A program made the position numbers and the translations under genes. The notes under the pieces were generated by a model that saw only the letters and a program-made list of their open reading frames with translations, was not told where the DNA came from and ran no database searches. Positions 41,090 to 50,947 of a DNA stretch of 61,545 bases are shown piece by piece; position 1 is the first letter of the stretch, and each line of letters starts with the position of its first letter. This DNA is from Psychromonas sp. (GTDB lineage: Bacteria > Pseudomonadota > Gammaproteobacteria > Enterobacterales > Psychromonadaceae): contig JBLIEH010000001.1 in assembly GCA_047632875.1 (NCBI GenBank), positions 1 to 61,545 of the forward strand. Reading direction: 5' to 3'.

Positions 41090-41950
41090 ATGAAATCAAC
41101 CATTTTTAATACCAGTATTTTGCTCGTTTTTTGGACATTAGCCTTCAATTCTATGGCTGCGAATAATTCAGTACCACCAAGCATTAAATCATACAGTTTT
41201 GCTGTGGTGCCACAACAAGCGGCGAGTCGGTTGCTACGAGAGTGGGGACCTGTCCTGCAATATCTGCAAGAAAAAACCGGTTATCGCTTTTATTTTAAAA
41301 CAGCAGCAGATATTCCTACTTTTGAGGCTCGGCTGGCAAAAGGTGAATATGATTTTGCTTATATGAATCCTTATCATTTTACTGTGTTTAATGACGGAGA
41401 TGAAGGTTATCAAGCGGTCGTTAAAGCTAAAAATAAGGTTATTCAAGGAATTATAGTGGTCCGTAAAGACTCGAGCATTAGTTCGGTCGCTGAATTAGCA
41501 AAGCACACTTTAGCTTTTCCTGCACCAGGGGCCTTTGCTGCCAGTATATTGCCGAGAGGCTTTCTTACTGCAAACCATATTGCTTTTAATCTGAAGTATG
41601 TTTCTTCTCATGATTCCGTTTATAAATCAGTAGCGAAGGGACTTTATATTGCTGGTGGTGGAGTCATTAGAACGCTTAATGCGCTTGAGCCAGAGGTACG
41701 CGACAAATTGAGAATATTATGGACTTCAGAAAAATACACTCCTCATGCGATCGCGATGAAATCTTCTTTAGATACCTCAGTGTTCAAGCAAGTCCAACAA
41801 GCGCTCAGTGAATTAGATCAAGATGACCCTGGCCGAAGATTATTAGCGCCACTAAAGTTAACCGGCTTTGAGGCAGCAATAAATGCTGATTGGGATGATG
41901 TTCGCGCCTTACAGCTGGATTTACATCTGGGTGAAAAGAGGGGAGGCTGA
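41090..41950 (+). CDS. PhnD-like (phosphate/phosphite/phosphonate-type) periplasmic binding protein, orphan
   Basis: Signal peptide, FAVVPQQ, YDFAYMNPYH, LAFPAP.AFAAS, SHDSVY..V..G...AGGG; no permease or ATPase adjacent; TGATG overlap with the kinase. Confidence 0.85.
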   Translation: MKSTIFNTSILLVFWTLAFNSMAANNSVPPSIKSYSFAVVPQQAASRLLREWGPVLQYLQEKTGYRFYFKTAADIPTFEARLAKGEYDFAYMNPYHFTVFNDGDEGYQAVVKAKNKVIQGIIVVRKDSSISSVAELAKHTLAFPAPGAFAASILPRGFLTANHIAFNLKYVSSHDSVYKSVAKGLYIAGGGVIRTLNALEPEVRDKLRILWTSEKYTPHAIAMKSSLDTSVFKQVQQALSELDQDDPGRRLLAPLKLTGFEAAINADWDDVRALQLDLHLGEKRGG

Positions 41951-44900
41951 TGACTTTTCGTTTAAAAACTATTTTAGGAATTGCTTTTATTGAAGGGGTG
42001 TTACTGGCAATTCTCATTGTCAGCAGTATTAATTATCTATTACAAATCAGCGAGGAGCAATTAGCTATTCGCGCTAAAACCACAGCAGAGCTATTAATAA
42101 ATCTTACCTTTGAAAGCATTCTAACAAAAGATGTCGCCACGCTTGAAAGTATTGCTGAACAAGTACTGAAATCACCAGAGATGGTGTATTTACGTATTAT
42201 TGATACAGAATATAACTTAGTGACTATGGGGGATGAAACAGCGTTAGCTGATCAATTTATTGAAGACACGCAGTTGTCTTTAGTCGATGACGGTATTTTT
42301 GATGCCAGCGCCGAAATTGTAGCCAATGGCATAGTTTATGGCCGTGTCGAAATTGGCATTGCGATAGGTGAAACGTTGGAATTGATAGGCGCGGCTAAGC
42401 GACATTTAAGTTGGTTAGCCTTGATAGAAATGCTAGGAGTAGCATTATTTTCCTATATTTTAGGGAGTTATCTCACTAGGGGACTATCTCGGTTAACCTA
42501 TGCAGCTGAAGAACTTGCGAATGGGGCTTTGGGTCATAGGATCGCGGTGGTAGGAAAAGATGAATTAGCAACAGCCTGTATTGCATTTAACTTAATGTCG
42601 CAACGCTTAGCTGAAACGAGCAATATTACTAATCGAAGTGTTTCGGAAGGAGAGAAATTAAATGAAAAACTCTTTATTCAGCAGCAAAAACTAACCACAA
42701 TTTTAAATACTGCAGTCGATGGTTTTGTCATTATTGACGAACAAGGGATAATTGATGAAATCAACAATGCTGGTGCTCTACTTTTTGGCTATAGTGTTGA
42801 GCAATTAATTGGCTGTAAGGTGTCATGCTTAATGGCAGAGCCTTTCAGTAAGGATCATGATGGCTATTTAGCGCATTATAAAAAAAATAAAGCGGAAAAA
42901 ATTATAGGCATAGGCCGAGAGGCAACAGGTTTGCGCAAAGACAGCAGCACTTTTCCCATGGATCTGGCTGTTTCTGAAATGAAATTAGGTCAGAAAACTT
43001 TATATGTTGGGCTAGTTCGGGATTTGACTGAAAAGAAAAAATACCAATATGAACTACATAAAAGCGAAACACTAAAACTGGCCATTGTAGAGGCGAATCT
43101 CGATGCCTTAGTCACCATAGATATTAATAGTCAAATTGTTGAATTTAGTCCTCAAGCAGAGCATACCTTTGGTTATACCCGTGAAGAAGCCGTTGGGCAA
43201 TCCATGCCGGAATTATTGATGTCAGCCGAAATGCGGCCAATGCATAATAAGGGAATGGCACACTTTACAGAGTCGCAACAAGGGACAATTATTGGTAAAA
43301 TAATTATGGTAACGGCTATGCGTAAAAATGGTCAGTTATTTCCTATTGAATTAACGGTACAACCGATAAACTTAGGTAATGAAATGTTGTTCACCGCTTT
43401 TATTCGCGATATTACTGAACGTAAAGCATTCGAAGATGAATTACAGCAGGCCAAACAAAAGGCCGAAGCCGCTTCTGAAGCAAAATCCCGTTTTCTTGCG
43501 CACATGAGTCATGAAATTCGTTCGCCATTAAATGCAGTATTAGGCTCAGTGGACTTATTACTTCAAGATGAAGTTGATAAAGAAAAACGTTTATATGCTA
43601 AAACTGCACAATCATCTGCCAAATCATTATTATTGTTAATAAACGATATTCTTGATTTTTCAAAAATAGAGGCTGGACAACTACAGTTAACTAATGGACC
43701 TTTTGAGTTAGATGCCTTGATCACTGAGACCGCCGATAGTATGACTTATCGTACCCAAGAAACTGGGCTACAAAGTGCTATCGTGATGAACACCTCGTTT
43801 GGCTTTGAGCTATTAGGTGATGTATTGCGAGTACGGCAAATAATGATTAACCTGGTTGATAATGCATTAAAATTCACTGAAACCGGTGCGGTAGTGGTCA
43901 TTATTAACACTAGCCATGAAGAAGATGAACGAGTCTTTGTTAATTTTACTATCAAAGATACCGGTATTGGTATCCCCAAAGATGAACAAGAACGTTTATT
44001 CCAAGAATTTCAGCAAGTTGATAATTCAGACTCTACGCGTTTCGGAGGCACAGGTTTAGGTTTATCTATTTGCAAAGGGTTAACAACGGCAATGGGGGGC
44101 ACTATTGAGTTGGCGAGCCAAGTTGACCAAGGGACACAATTCTCAGTCACTTTACCTTTTACTAAAGGCCTGCCTTTGCCGCAAGCAGAGAGGCACACAA
44201 AGTTTGAAGAAAAATGTAGCGGGATTTTTATTGGATTTGAACCATTAACAACGGCTACCTTAGTCGAGTATTATACCACTCGAGGAGAGTCAGTTGACGT
44301 TGTTGAAAATGTGGCCGCAGCTTTACCGCTGATTAGTCGTCATACTTTTGCTATTTTGATTAATGCTTCTTTACCTGAAGATGAACTCCTCACCCTGAGT
44401 GAAAAAGCGCGATCACTTAAGGTTAAACATCTTATTTTAACCAGTGTAAATTTAAATACCAAGACCAGCCGTCTGATAAAAACGGGCACTTTTGATGATT
44501 TTTTCGTAATGCCATTAGTCGTCCATAAAATATTTGAGCGTATTAATGAAATTTCACAGAACAAAATATTGCAGGCTAACTTGCTTAACCCGAATAGCGA
44601 AGCGAACTGCAAAAGACAGCTTAAGCGCGATACGTTTAGTAATGAAATTACAAAAATAAAAGAATCAAATAACTCAGCGCCTTTAGGTCATATTCTCTTA
44701 GCAGAAGATAGTTTAGCCAATCAGATTGTCGCAAAGGGCTTAATTACGCGAGCAGGTTATACCCTTGATATTGTTGAAAATGGTCAGCAGGCGATTGATG
44801 CATTTTTACTGGGGTTCTACGATATTATATTGATGGATCTGCGCATGCCGATCATGAATGGCTTAGAAGCTACCAGCAAAATACGTGCTTGTACTGGGGG

Positions 44901-45471
44901 AAATGATATCACCATTATTGCCTTAACAGCCAATGCGAGCCAAGAAGACAAAGAGCGTTGTTTAGCGGCAGGCATGGATGATTTTCTGGCTAAACCCATT
45001 GATAAAAAGCTTTTGTTTGAAATGATAGAAAGACATATGTTGCTCAATACCCAGTTCAAAATATCACAAAAGGCTCTGCCCAATATGACCAATAATATTA
45101 TCCTAAGCAATGAGGCTGATCAAAGCCTAGTGATAGACCCTCAGGTACTTCAGCAATTGTCTGATGATGTTTCAGCAGAAGCACTTCCACAAATGCTGGA
45201 AGTATTTTTACAGGAAGTGAAGATTCGAGCACAACGCGTAGCTGATGGCTTAACCAACCTCACTTTTAGCACTTTTGAAGATGAAGCGCACACTTTGAAA
45301 AGCTGTGCTGGCACTTTTGGTGCTATTCGTTTACAAATACTGGCCGAAGAACTTGAAATGGCATGTAAAACTGAGAATCGTGAGCTGGTGCTAAAACTAG
45401 CAAGAGAACTTCCTGAATTATTAAACATTACGATTGCAGCTTACCAACAACAATATCCGTATTTAGCTTGA
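41950..45471 (+). CDS. Hybrid sensor kinase TM-HAMP-PAS-PAS-HisKA-HATPase-(pseudoREC)-REC-Hpt
   Basis: MSHEIRSPLN, GGTGLGL, LAEDS..NQ/LMDLRMP, C-terminal AHTLKSCAGTFGA. Confidence 0.92.
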   Translation: MTFRLKTILGIAFIEGVLLAILIVSSINYLLQISEEQLAIRAKTTAELLINLTFESILTKDVATLESIAEQVLKSPEMVYLRIIDTEYNLVTMGDETALADQFIEDTQLSLVDDGIFDASAEIVANGIVYGRVEIGIAIGETLELIGAAKRHLSWLALIEMLGVALFSYILGSYLTRGLSRLTYAAEELANGALGHRIAVVGKDELATACIAFNLMSQRLAETSNITNRSVSEGEKLNEKLFIQQQKLTTILNTAVDGFVIIDEQGIIDEINNAGALLFGYSVEQLIGCKVSCLMAEPFSKDHDGYLAHYKKNKAEKIIGIGREATGLRKDSSTFPMDLAVSEMKLGQKTLYVGLVRDLTEKKKYQYELHKSETLKLAIVEANLDALVTIDINSQIVEFSPQAEHTFGYTREEAVGQSMPELLMSAEMRPMHNKGMAHFTESQQGTIIGKIIMVTAMRKNGQLFPIELTVQPINLGNEMLFTAFIRDITERKAFEDELQQAKQKAEAASEAKSRFLAHMSHEIRSPLNAVLGSVDLLLQDEVDKEKRLYAKTAQSSAKSLLLLINDILDFSKIEAGQLQLTNGPFELDALITETADSMTYRTQETGLQSAIVMNTSFGFELLGDVLRVRQIMINLVDNALKFTETGAVVVIINTSHEEDERVFVNFTIKDTGIGIPKDEQERLFQEFQQVDNSDSTRFGGTGLGLSICKGLTTAMGGTIELASQVDQGTQFSVTLPFTKGLPLPQAERHTKFEEKCSGIFIGFEPLTTATLVEYYTTRGESVDVVENVAAALPLISRHTFAILINASLPEDELLTLSEKARSLKVKHLILTSVNLNTKTSRLIKTGTFDDFFVMPLVVHKIFERINEISQNKILQANLLNPNSEANCKRQLKRDTFSNEITKIKESNNSAPLGHILLAEDSLANQIVAKGLITRAGYTLDIVENGQQAIDAFLLGFYDIILMDLRMPIMNGLEATSKIRACTGGNDITIIALTANASQEDKERCLAAGMDDFLAKPIDKKLLFEMIERHMLLNTQFKISQKALPNMTNNIILSNEADQSLVIDPQVLQQLSDDVSAEALPQMLEVFLQEVKIRAQRVADGLTNLTFSTFEDEAHTLKSCAGTFGAIRLQILAEELEMACKTENRELVLKLARELPELLNITIAAYQQQYPYLA

Positions 45472-45544
45472 TCAATTTAATAATAAAGTAACAAGTACTT
45501 TGTTATTAAATAAGCATTTTAAAGTTTGCAGTGATATCTGCTTA

Positions 45545-45703
45545 GTTGTCGATCCCTGTTCATTTAGTATTAGCTGCTGGTCATGTTAATGCTCTTGTCA
45601 ATGCTGAGAATGGATAAATCACTCTCCTAAATAATACGAGGTTATTGCAGATAAAAGTTATGACGGCAAAAAACTTAGATAACATCTACAAGAAAACGGC
45701 TGA
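45545..45703 (+). pseudogene. IS5-family transposase relic
   Basis: Fragments IPVHLVLAAGHVN and EVIADKSYDGKKLR*HLQENG, resembling the P..F.L..G...D and ADKGYD DDE motifs. Confidence 0.5.
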
Positions 45704-45863
45704 AGTAATTAAATTTTTCTAGCAATAGCAAAAAGATACTATAAATTAGAGCGAAACTATGTATGTATGGGTGCCTTGGCCTTCAGCGTCAGTTCAATTC
45801 CCATGCATTACGGATTAATTATTGAACACGAAAGTTCAACAGACCCTAGGGAAGGGAGTAACT

Positions 45864-47342
45864 ATGTCTCAAACTACTTTATTTCAAAAATCTCAAATAT
45901 TACTGGTAGAAGACAGCCCATCATTAAGTGCCCTGTATAATAGATATCTTTCACAAGCAGGTTATAGCGTTACTTCGGTTACTACTGGCGGCGAGGCTTT
46001 ACTTGAATTAGAGCAGAAAGTACCTGACTTAGTCCTACTGGACTTACGTTTACCCGATATGTTTGGCATGGACTTGCTAAAAACAATATTTGAGCGTGGC
46101 CTTGGTTGTGCTGTGGTGATTATAACGGCCCATGGATCTATTGATTTAGCCATTGAAAGTATGCAATGTGGCGCCTCAGACTTTTTAACTAAGCCCTTTG
46201 ATGCTGGTCGGCTAAAAGTAACAGTCAATAATGCGCTAGAAAAACATCGTCTCAATGATATTTTAACGCATTACCAAAACACCTTTGAACGCGATCATTT
46301 TCATCGTTTTACCGGTGCCTCATTAGCAATGCAAACTGTTTTTCGTATTATCGAAAGTGCAGGCCCCAGTAGAGCGACGGTGTTTATTAGTGGCGAAAGT
46401 GGTACCGGAAAAGAATTGTGCGCAGAGGCAATACATCAAGAAAGCCCACGTAAAAGTAACTCCTTTATCGCCATCAACTGTGCCGCAATTCCCCGAGATT
46501 TGATGGAGAGTGAAATTTTCGGTCATGTTAAAGGGGCATTTACTGGCGCAGCTAATAGACGTGATGGTGCTGCTAGTCGGGCTGATGGCGGGACCTTATT
46601 TCTTGATGAAATTGGCGAGATGCACTTAGAACTGCAAAGCAAACTGTTACGCTTTATTCAAACAGGCAGCTTCCTCAGGGTTGGCGGACAACAGGAAGAG
46701 CAAGTTGATATACGTATTGTCTGCGCTACTAATCGTGATCCGCTAGCTGAAGTCAAAGCAGGGCGTTTTCGTGAAGATCTTTATTATCGATTGAATGTTA
46801 TCCCCATTCAGTTACCGCCATTACGTGATCGAGGAGACGATATTCGCTTGATTGGTGAAAAACTATTACAGCGCATTGCAAAAGAAGAGAACAAAGGGTT
46901 TTGTCATTTTTCTAGCGCAGTGACTGATCTTTTTTTAACATACCATTGGCCAGGTAATGTTCGTGAGCTCGAAAATGTAATAAGAAACATCGTGGTTCTT
47001 AATACTGGCGAGCAAGTAAGTTACGATATGTTACCTCCTTCTTTTTTCCCTTCAAGGAATGATGCAAGTAGTGTTCAAAACATCTCTTCAAACCATTCTA
47101 TTGCACCAGCACCTGCAATTTTATCTCATACATCTACCCAAATATCAGCACATACTCCACAAGAAGTTGGTGACATAAGGTCGTTATGGCTGGAAGAAAA
47201 AGACATCATCGAACGTGCTATTGCTTTGTGTCATGGCAATATTCCTAAAGCGGCAGCGCTGCTTGATATTAGTGCCTCAACCATTTACCGTAAAAAAGTC
47301 ACATGGGATGATTTAGCTAACTGTTCTACAGCAGTTCAATGA
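45864..47342 (+). CDS. luxO: LuxO-like sigma54-dependent response regulator
   Basis: REC ([23 protein letters not shown]), [61 protein letters not shown], very similar to Vibrio LuxO/SypG. Orthology not proven. Confidence 0.82.
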   Translation: MSQTTLFQKSQILLVEDSPSLSALYNRYLSQAGYSVTSVTTGGEALLELEQKVPDLVLLDLRLPDMFGMDLLKTIFERGLGCAVVIITAHGSIDLAIESMQCGASDFLTKPFDAGRLKVTVNNALEKHRLNDILTHYQNTFERDHFHRFTGASLAMQTVFRIIESAGPSRATVFISGESGTGKELCAEAIHQESPRKSNSFIAINCAAIPRDLMESEIFGHVKGAFTGAANRRDGAASRADGGTLFLDEIGEMHLELQSKLLRFIQTGSFLRVGGQQEEQVDIRIVCATNRDPLAEVKAGRFREDLYYRLNVIPIQLPPLRDRGDDIRLIGEKLLQRIAKEENKGFCHFSSAVTDLFLTYHWPGNVRELENVIRNIVVLNTGEQVSYDMLPPSFFPSRNDASSVQNISSNHSIAPAPAILSHTSTQISAHTPQEVGDIRSLWLEEKDIIERAIALCHGNIPKAAALLDISASTIYRKKVTWDDLANCSTAVQ

Positions 47343-47650
47343 GAAAAGGTCACCGGTCTTAGTATGTAGTCGCTAAAGTATTATAGTCTGTTGACCTTTC
47401 TTGTGCATTTTTGCAGCAATTTGCGCGTGCTTTATACAAGGTAGAGCCTGAGCTATGTATTTTTTCTACATAATCAGGCGATAACGCATACGATCGTGAG
47501 CACAAATGCTGATCTTCGGGTCATCTAAAAACGTCCTGTGCTGCGTTATTGGTTAGGGTTCCTGCACTTCAACAACCCCATCTTTATTGCTACTGCCAAG
47601 CCGGCCGACACTGCTCCCGTATTCTTTAGCTGCGCACCTGGAAAACGCTA

Positions 47651-47698
47651 TTTGCATTATGCGAAAAATACTGCAAAAGAATATTCTCATTATGCGAA
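47651..47698. promoter_or_regulatory. Tandem LuxO/SypG-type enhancers
   Basis: TTTGCA-TTA-TGCGAA (47651-47665) and TTCTCA-TTA-TGCGAA (47684-47698), 33 bp apart. Confidence 0.6.
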
Positions 47699-47748
47699 TA
47701 ACCCACCAACAAAAACCACAACCTATTGTTTATATTGATATTTAAATA

Positions 47749-47765
47749 TTGGTGTGATTGTTGCT
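47749..47765 (+). promoter_or_regulatory. Candidate sigma54 promoter
   Basis: TTGGTGTGATTGTTGCT, GG 47751-52, GC 47763-64. Confidence 0.6.
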
Positions 47766-47946
47766 ATATCCTTTATGCAAGACGTCACTATTTCAGTCAG
47801 AGTATCCAGGAGAAAAGAGATGAGCAATCTATCGGCAGGCAGGTGAGCTAATTATGAAGAAAAAAATCACCTATTTCCAATAAAAAATATTAGCAAAATT
47901 TAGTCAACAAACTGACTTAAATTAAACACTATACCAACCCCCCAAG

Positions 47947-47986
47947 GATAGCTTACCAACCTGGTTAGTCCGGTTGGTAAGCTATC
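47947..47986. other. Perfect 15-bp stem-loop
   Basis: GATAGCTTACCAACC-N10-GGTTGGTAAGCTATC, no U tail. Confidence 0.7.
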
Positions 47987-48013
47987 TGGCGAGTAACTAT
48001 TGAGGTACTAATA

Positions 48014-48310
48014 ATGCAGTTGATAGCACGACTAAGAAAAATCTTTATATCCTTTAATCGCTTTCTGGATAAGCTGGAAGTATATGATCAACGTCGTAAG
48101 CAGTTGCAGCATGAAGAACGCCGCGCATCTGTGCAGGACAATCCTGATCAAGCTTTTGCTGATCTCTTTGCTAAGCCTGCTAATAACAAGCTGCACAAGC
48201 CGATCCATCCCGATGCAGTCAACAGCTCCGTGCGTGACGGCTTACCCACAACTATCGTGTATAAGAAGGGGACAAGACCAGATAACAACGGCCACCATAG
48301 AGTGTTTTAA
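48014..48310 (+). CDS. Small hypothetical protein
   Basis: GAGGT RBS, 98-aa ORF, no recognised motif. Confidence 0.55.
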   Translation: MQLIARLRKIFISFNRFLDKLEVYDQRRKQLQHEERRASVQDNPDQAFADLFAKPANNKLHKPIHPDAVNSSVRDGLPTTIVYKKGTRPDNNGHHRVF

Positions 48311-48438
48311 GTTGGTAACAAATTTCCCTGTAAGTCGTTATTGCCATTTTTTTCTGATACCGCAGAGCGGGTAATAAAATATATTTGTTCTGATTGGTCT
48401 AAGGCAATACCTGCTTTTCACTTAACAGTCAGGTTAAA

Positions 48439-48456
48439 TGCTTTGCAAAATGCAAA
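48439..48456. promoter_or_regulatory. LuxO-type enhancer upstream of the phosphodiesterase
   Basis: TGCTTTGCA-AAA-TGCAAA; core 48443-48455. Confidence 0.72.
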
Positions 48457-48570
48457 TGAATATCAAAGTTACCATTTAAAAAAAATACATTCTGCATGGC
48501 CGATCTGTAATTTATTTCGTAATTTGCTGTTTTTTAAGGTTTGTTAAGAAAATGAAATGTAAATAAAAAA

Positions 48571-48587
48571 CTGGCACATTATTTGCT
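48571..48587 (+). promoter_or_regulatory. sigma54 promoter of the REC-EAL gene
   Basis: CTGGCACATTATTTGCT, near-consensus GG-N10-GC. Confidence 0.8.
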
Positions 48588-48625
48588 TTTATTAAGGCAC
48601 ATCTTGAAGCAACAAGGAATATAAA

Positions 48626-50713
48626 ATGAAGCCGGCTAATACTTGTATCGTTCAAGCAAGTAAAAAATTTACTGTCTTAGTAGTAGATGATGACAAACTG
48701 ATGCGTTTATATGCCCGTACAGTTTTAGAAAAAAACGGATTAGTCGTTTTTGAAGCCAAAAATGGCCATGACGCGTTAAGGTCAATTCGAGCAAACAGCT
48801 TTGATGCTATTTTGATGGATATTCGTATGCCGGGTATAGATGGTTTTACCGCATGTCGTGAAATTAGACAAATGCTGCCGGATGAGTTCTTACCTATTAT
48901 TGTTATTACCGGCCAAAATAACAATGAAGCCATTGAAACTGCTTTTGAGCACGGAGCCACAGATTTTGTTACTAAGCCGATAAACTGGTTGAAATTAAAA
49001 AATCGTCTGCTTTATTTAATGAATGCCAGATTTACCGCCAACGATTTAATATCAACGAAAAGGCATCGGAATGCCTTAATAGATACTATCCCTGATAATT
49101 TACTGCGCTTAAATAGTGATGGACTCGTGCTGGATATGAAATCACCCCGTACGGGTTTTGACTTAGGGCTGCCTGAGACGTTAATTGGACAGAGTCTTTA
49201 TGATTTTTTGCCCTATGACGCCGTACAACAGTTTAAAAAAGGCATTGTAATGGTTCTGTCAGGCCAAGGCACCCAAGATTTTGAATTTTCTATTGAACAG
49301 TCCGGACAATGCTTTTATTTAGAAGTACGGCTAGTGCTGGCGGGCAACCATGAACTTGTTGCTGTATTACGTGACTTCAGTGAGCGCCAACAAGCCCAGG
49401 CAAAAATAACGCAATTGGCTTATTACAATAAAATCACAGGCTTGCCAAATATCGAACTGATTCGTAAAAATATCACCGAAGAAATAGCGGCGAGTAAAAG
49501 AATGGTGTCAGTTACCCGATTAAGTCTGCTTGGACTCGATTATGTAAAAAGTGTTTTAGGCCGAGAGCGTTCCAATCAGTTAATGGGCATGCTGGCCTCG
49601 CGTTTATCAGACACTGCCAATAAAAGTGCCCGCACCAATATTCAACGCCTGCCGGCAGTCGGTCAAGTGGGTGAGTCAGACTTTACTATTATCAGCAGTG
49701 ATTTTAACACCAGAGCCGACCTAGTCGACTTTGCTACGACTTTGTCTGATGCTATGGAAGGAAAATTTGTGCTTGAAGGTAACGAATTCAAGCTAGTATC
49801 ACGGATGGGAATAGCCATTTATCCAGATAAGAATATCAGTGAAAACAATCTGCTCGAGAAGTCAGAGATGGCACTTGAACAGGCAATTAAAAGTAAGCAC
49901 AGTGGCCCACTAATTTATTGTGATGAAATAGGGCAAAAAAGTGTGAAAAAGTCACGTATGGCGAAAGAATTAAAAATTGCGATCGATAATGGTGATCTCT
50001 TTCTAAATTATCAACCTAAAGTAGATGCAACCACTCTGGAATTAACGGGCGTTGAAGCATTAGTACGCTGGAACATGCCTGACACAGGTATCATTTCCCC
50101 CGCTGAATTTATTCCCCTGGCAGAAGAAAGTGGGTTGATTTTATCAATAGGTGAATTTGTGCTTTATGAGGCTTGCCGCCAGAGTCGTTTATGGTCTGAT
50201 TCACAATTAAAGGTGGTTCCTATCGCCGTAAATTTCTCCGGTCATCAATTTAACCAACAAAATTTTGTGGCAAACATACTAAAAACCTTTGACCGATACT
50301 CACTGGATAATGGACTCATTGAAGTAGAATTGACTGAATCTGTGGCAATGGGAAATAGTATCCGCGTCCGCTCAATCTTAGCTAACTTAAGCGAGCTTGG
50401 TATCAATACAGCAATAGATGACTTTGGAACGGGTTATTCGTCGCTGAGTAGCCTCAGAGAGTTTAATTTTCATACCCTAAAAATTGACCGCAGCTTTGTT
50501 TCTGAACTCAACATTGTGCCAAGTGCCAGTGCTATTGTACGAGGTATTATTACTATGGGTCATGCCTTAAATATGAAAGTGGTTGCGGAAGGGGTTGAAG
50601 AAGAGCACCAGCTAGATTTTTTACGTAAAAATAATTGTGACACTATCCAAGGTTATTTAACCGGTCGGCCAGTATCAAGTAATGAAATTCAAGAAATGCT
50701 CATGACAAAATAA
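48626..50713 (+). CDS. REC-PAS-degenerate GGDEF-EAL c-di-GMP phosphodiesterase
   Basis: VVDDD/LMDIRMP receiver; VGESDF in place of GGDEF; VEALVRW, ELTES, DDFGTGYSSL, KIDRSF, VAEGVE intact. Confidence 0.9.
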   Translation: MKPANTCIVQASKKFTVLVVDDDKLMRLYARTVLEKNGLVVFEAKNGHDALRSIRANSFDAILMDIRMPGIDGFTACREIRQMLPDEFLPIIVITGQNNNEAIETAFEHGATDFVTKPINWLKLKNRLLYLMNARFTANDLISTKRHRNALIDTIPDNLLRLNSDGLVLDMKSPRTGFDLGLPETLIGQSLYDFLPYDAVQQFKKGIVMVLSGQGTQDFEFSIEQSGQCFYLEVRLVLAGNHELVAVLRDFSERQQAQAKITQLAYYNKITGLPNIELIRKNITEEIAASKRMVSVTRLSLLGLDYVKSVLGRERSNQLMGMLASRLSDTANKSARTNIQRLPAVGQVGESDFTIISSDFNTRADLVDFATTLSDAMEGKFVLEGNEFKLVSRMGIAIYPDKNISENNLLEKSEMALEQAIKSKHSGPLIYCDEIGQKSVKKSRMAKELKIAIDNGDLFLNYQPKVDATTLELTGVEALVRWNMPDTGIISPAEFIPLAEESGLILSIGEFVLYEACRQSRLWSDSQLKVVPIAVNFSGHQFNQQNFVANILKTFDRYSLDNGLIEVELTESVAMGNSIRVRSILANLSELGINTAIDDFGTGYSSLSSLREFNFHTLKIDRSFVSELNIVPSASAIVRGIITMGHALNMKVVAEGVEEEHQLDFLRKNNCDTIQGYLTGRPVSSNEIQEMLMTK

Positions 50714-50947
50714 CGTTTTATTCAGGTGTGTTTATAAATACACACTTGGATAAGATCCTTTGCTAACTCAACGCCAACTCTAGTATTATTCATTTTAAAG
50801 GCTCTGAATATTTTTTGTGTGGTGACAATTACCTATTTCTCAAGTAACTGATAATAATATGGTGAGTAGTTGCTTGATAAAAGTTAGGTTAGACCTGAAT
50901 CTGAGTAGTCGATTTTATCTAAATATTAGCCACTGAAGGCGCAAAAT

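Noticed and set aside
41090-41950. NspS-like norspermidine receptor, given nspC nearby
   Set aside because: Motifs are PhnD-like rather than PotD/NspS-like, and the norspermidine genes are 17 kb away
47342-47540. qrr sRNA near the luxO-like gene (GGTCACC at ~47348, GGGTCATCTA at ~47518)
   Set aside because: Only short matches; the rest of the Qrr core, a positioned sigma54 promoter and a U-tailed terminator are missing
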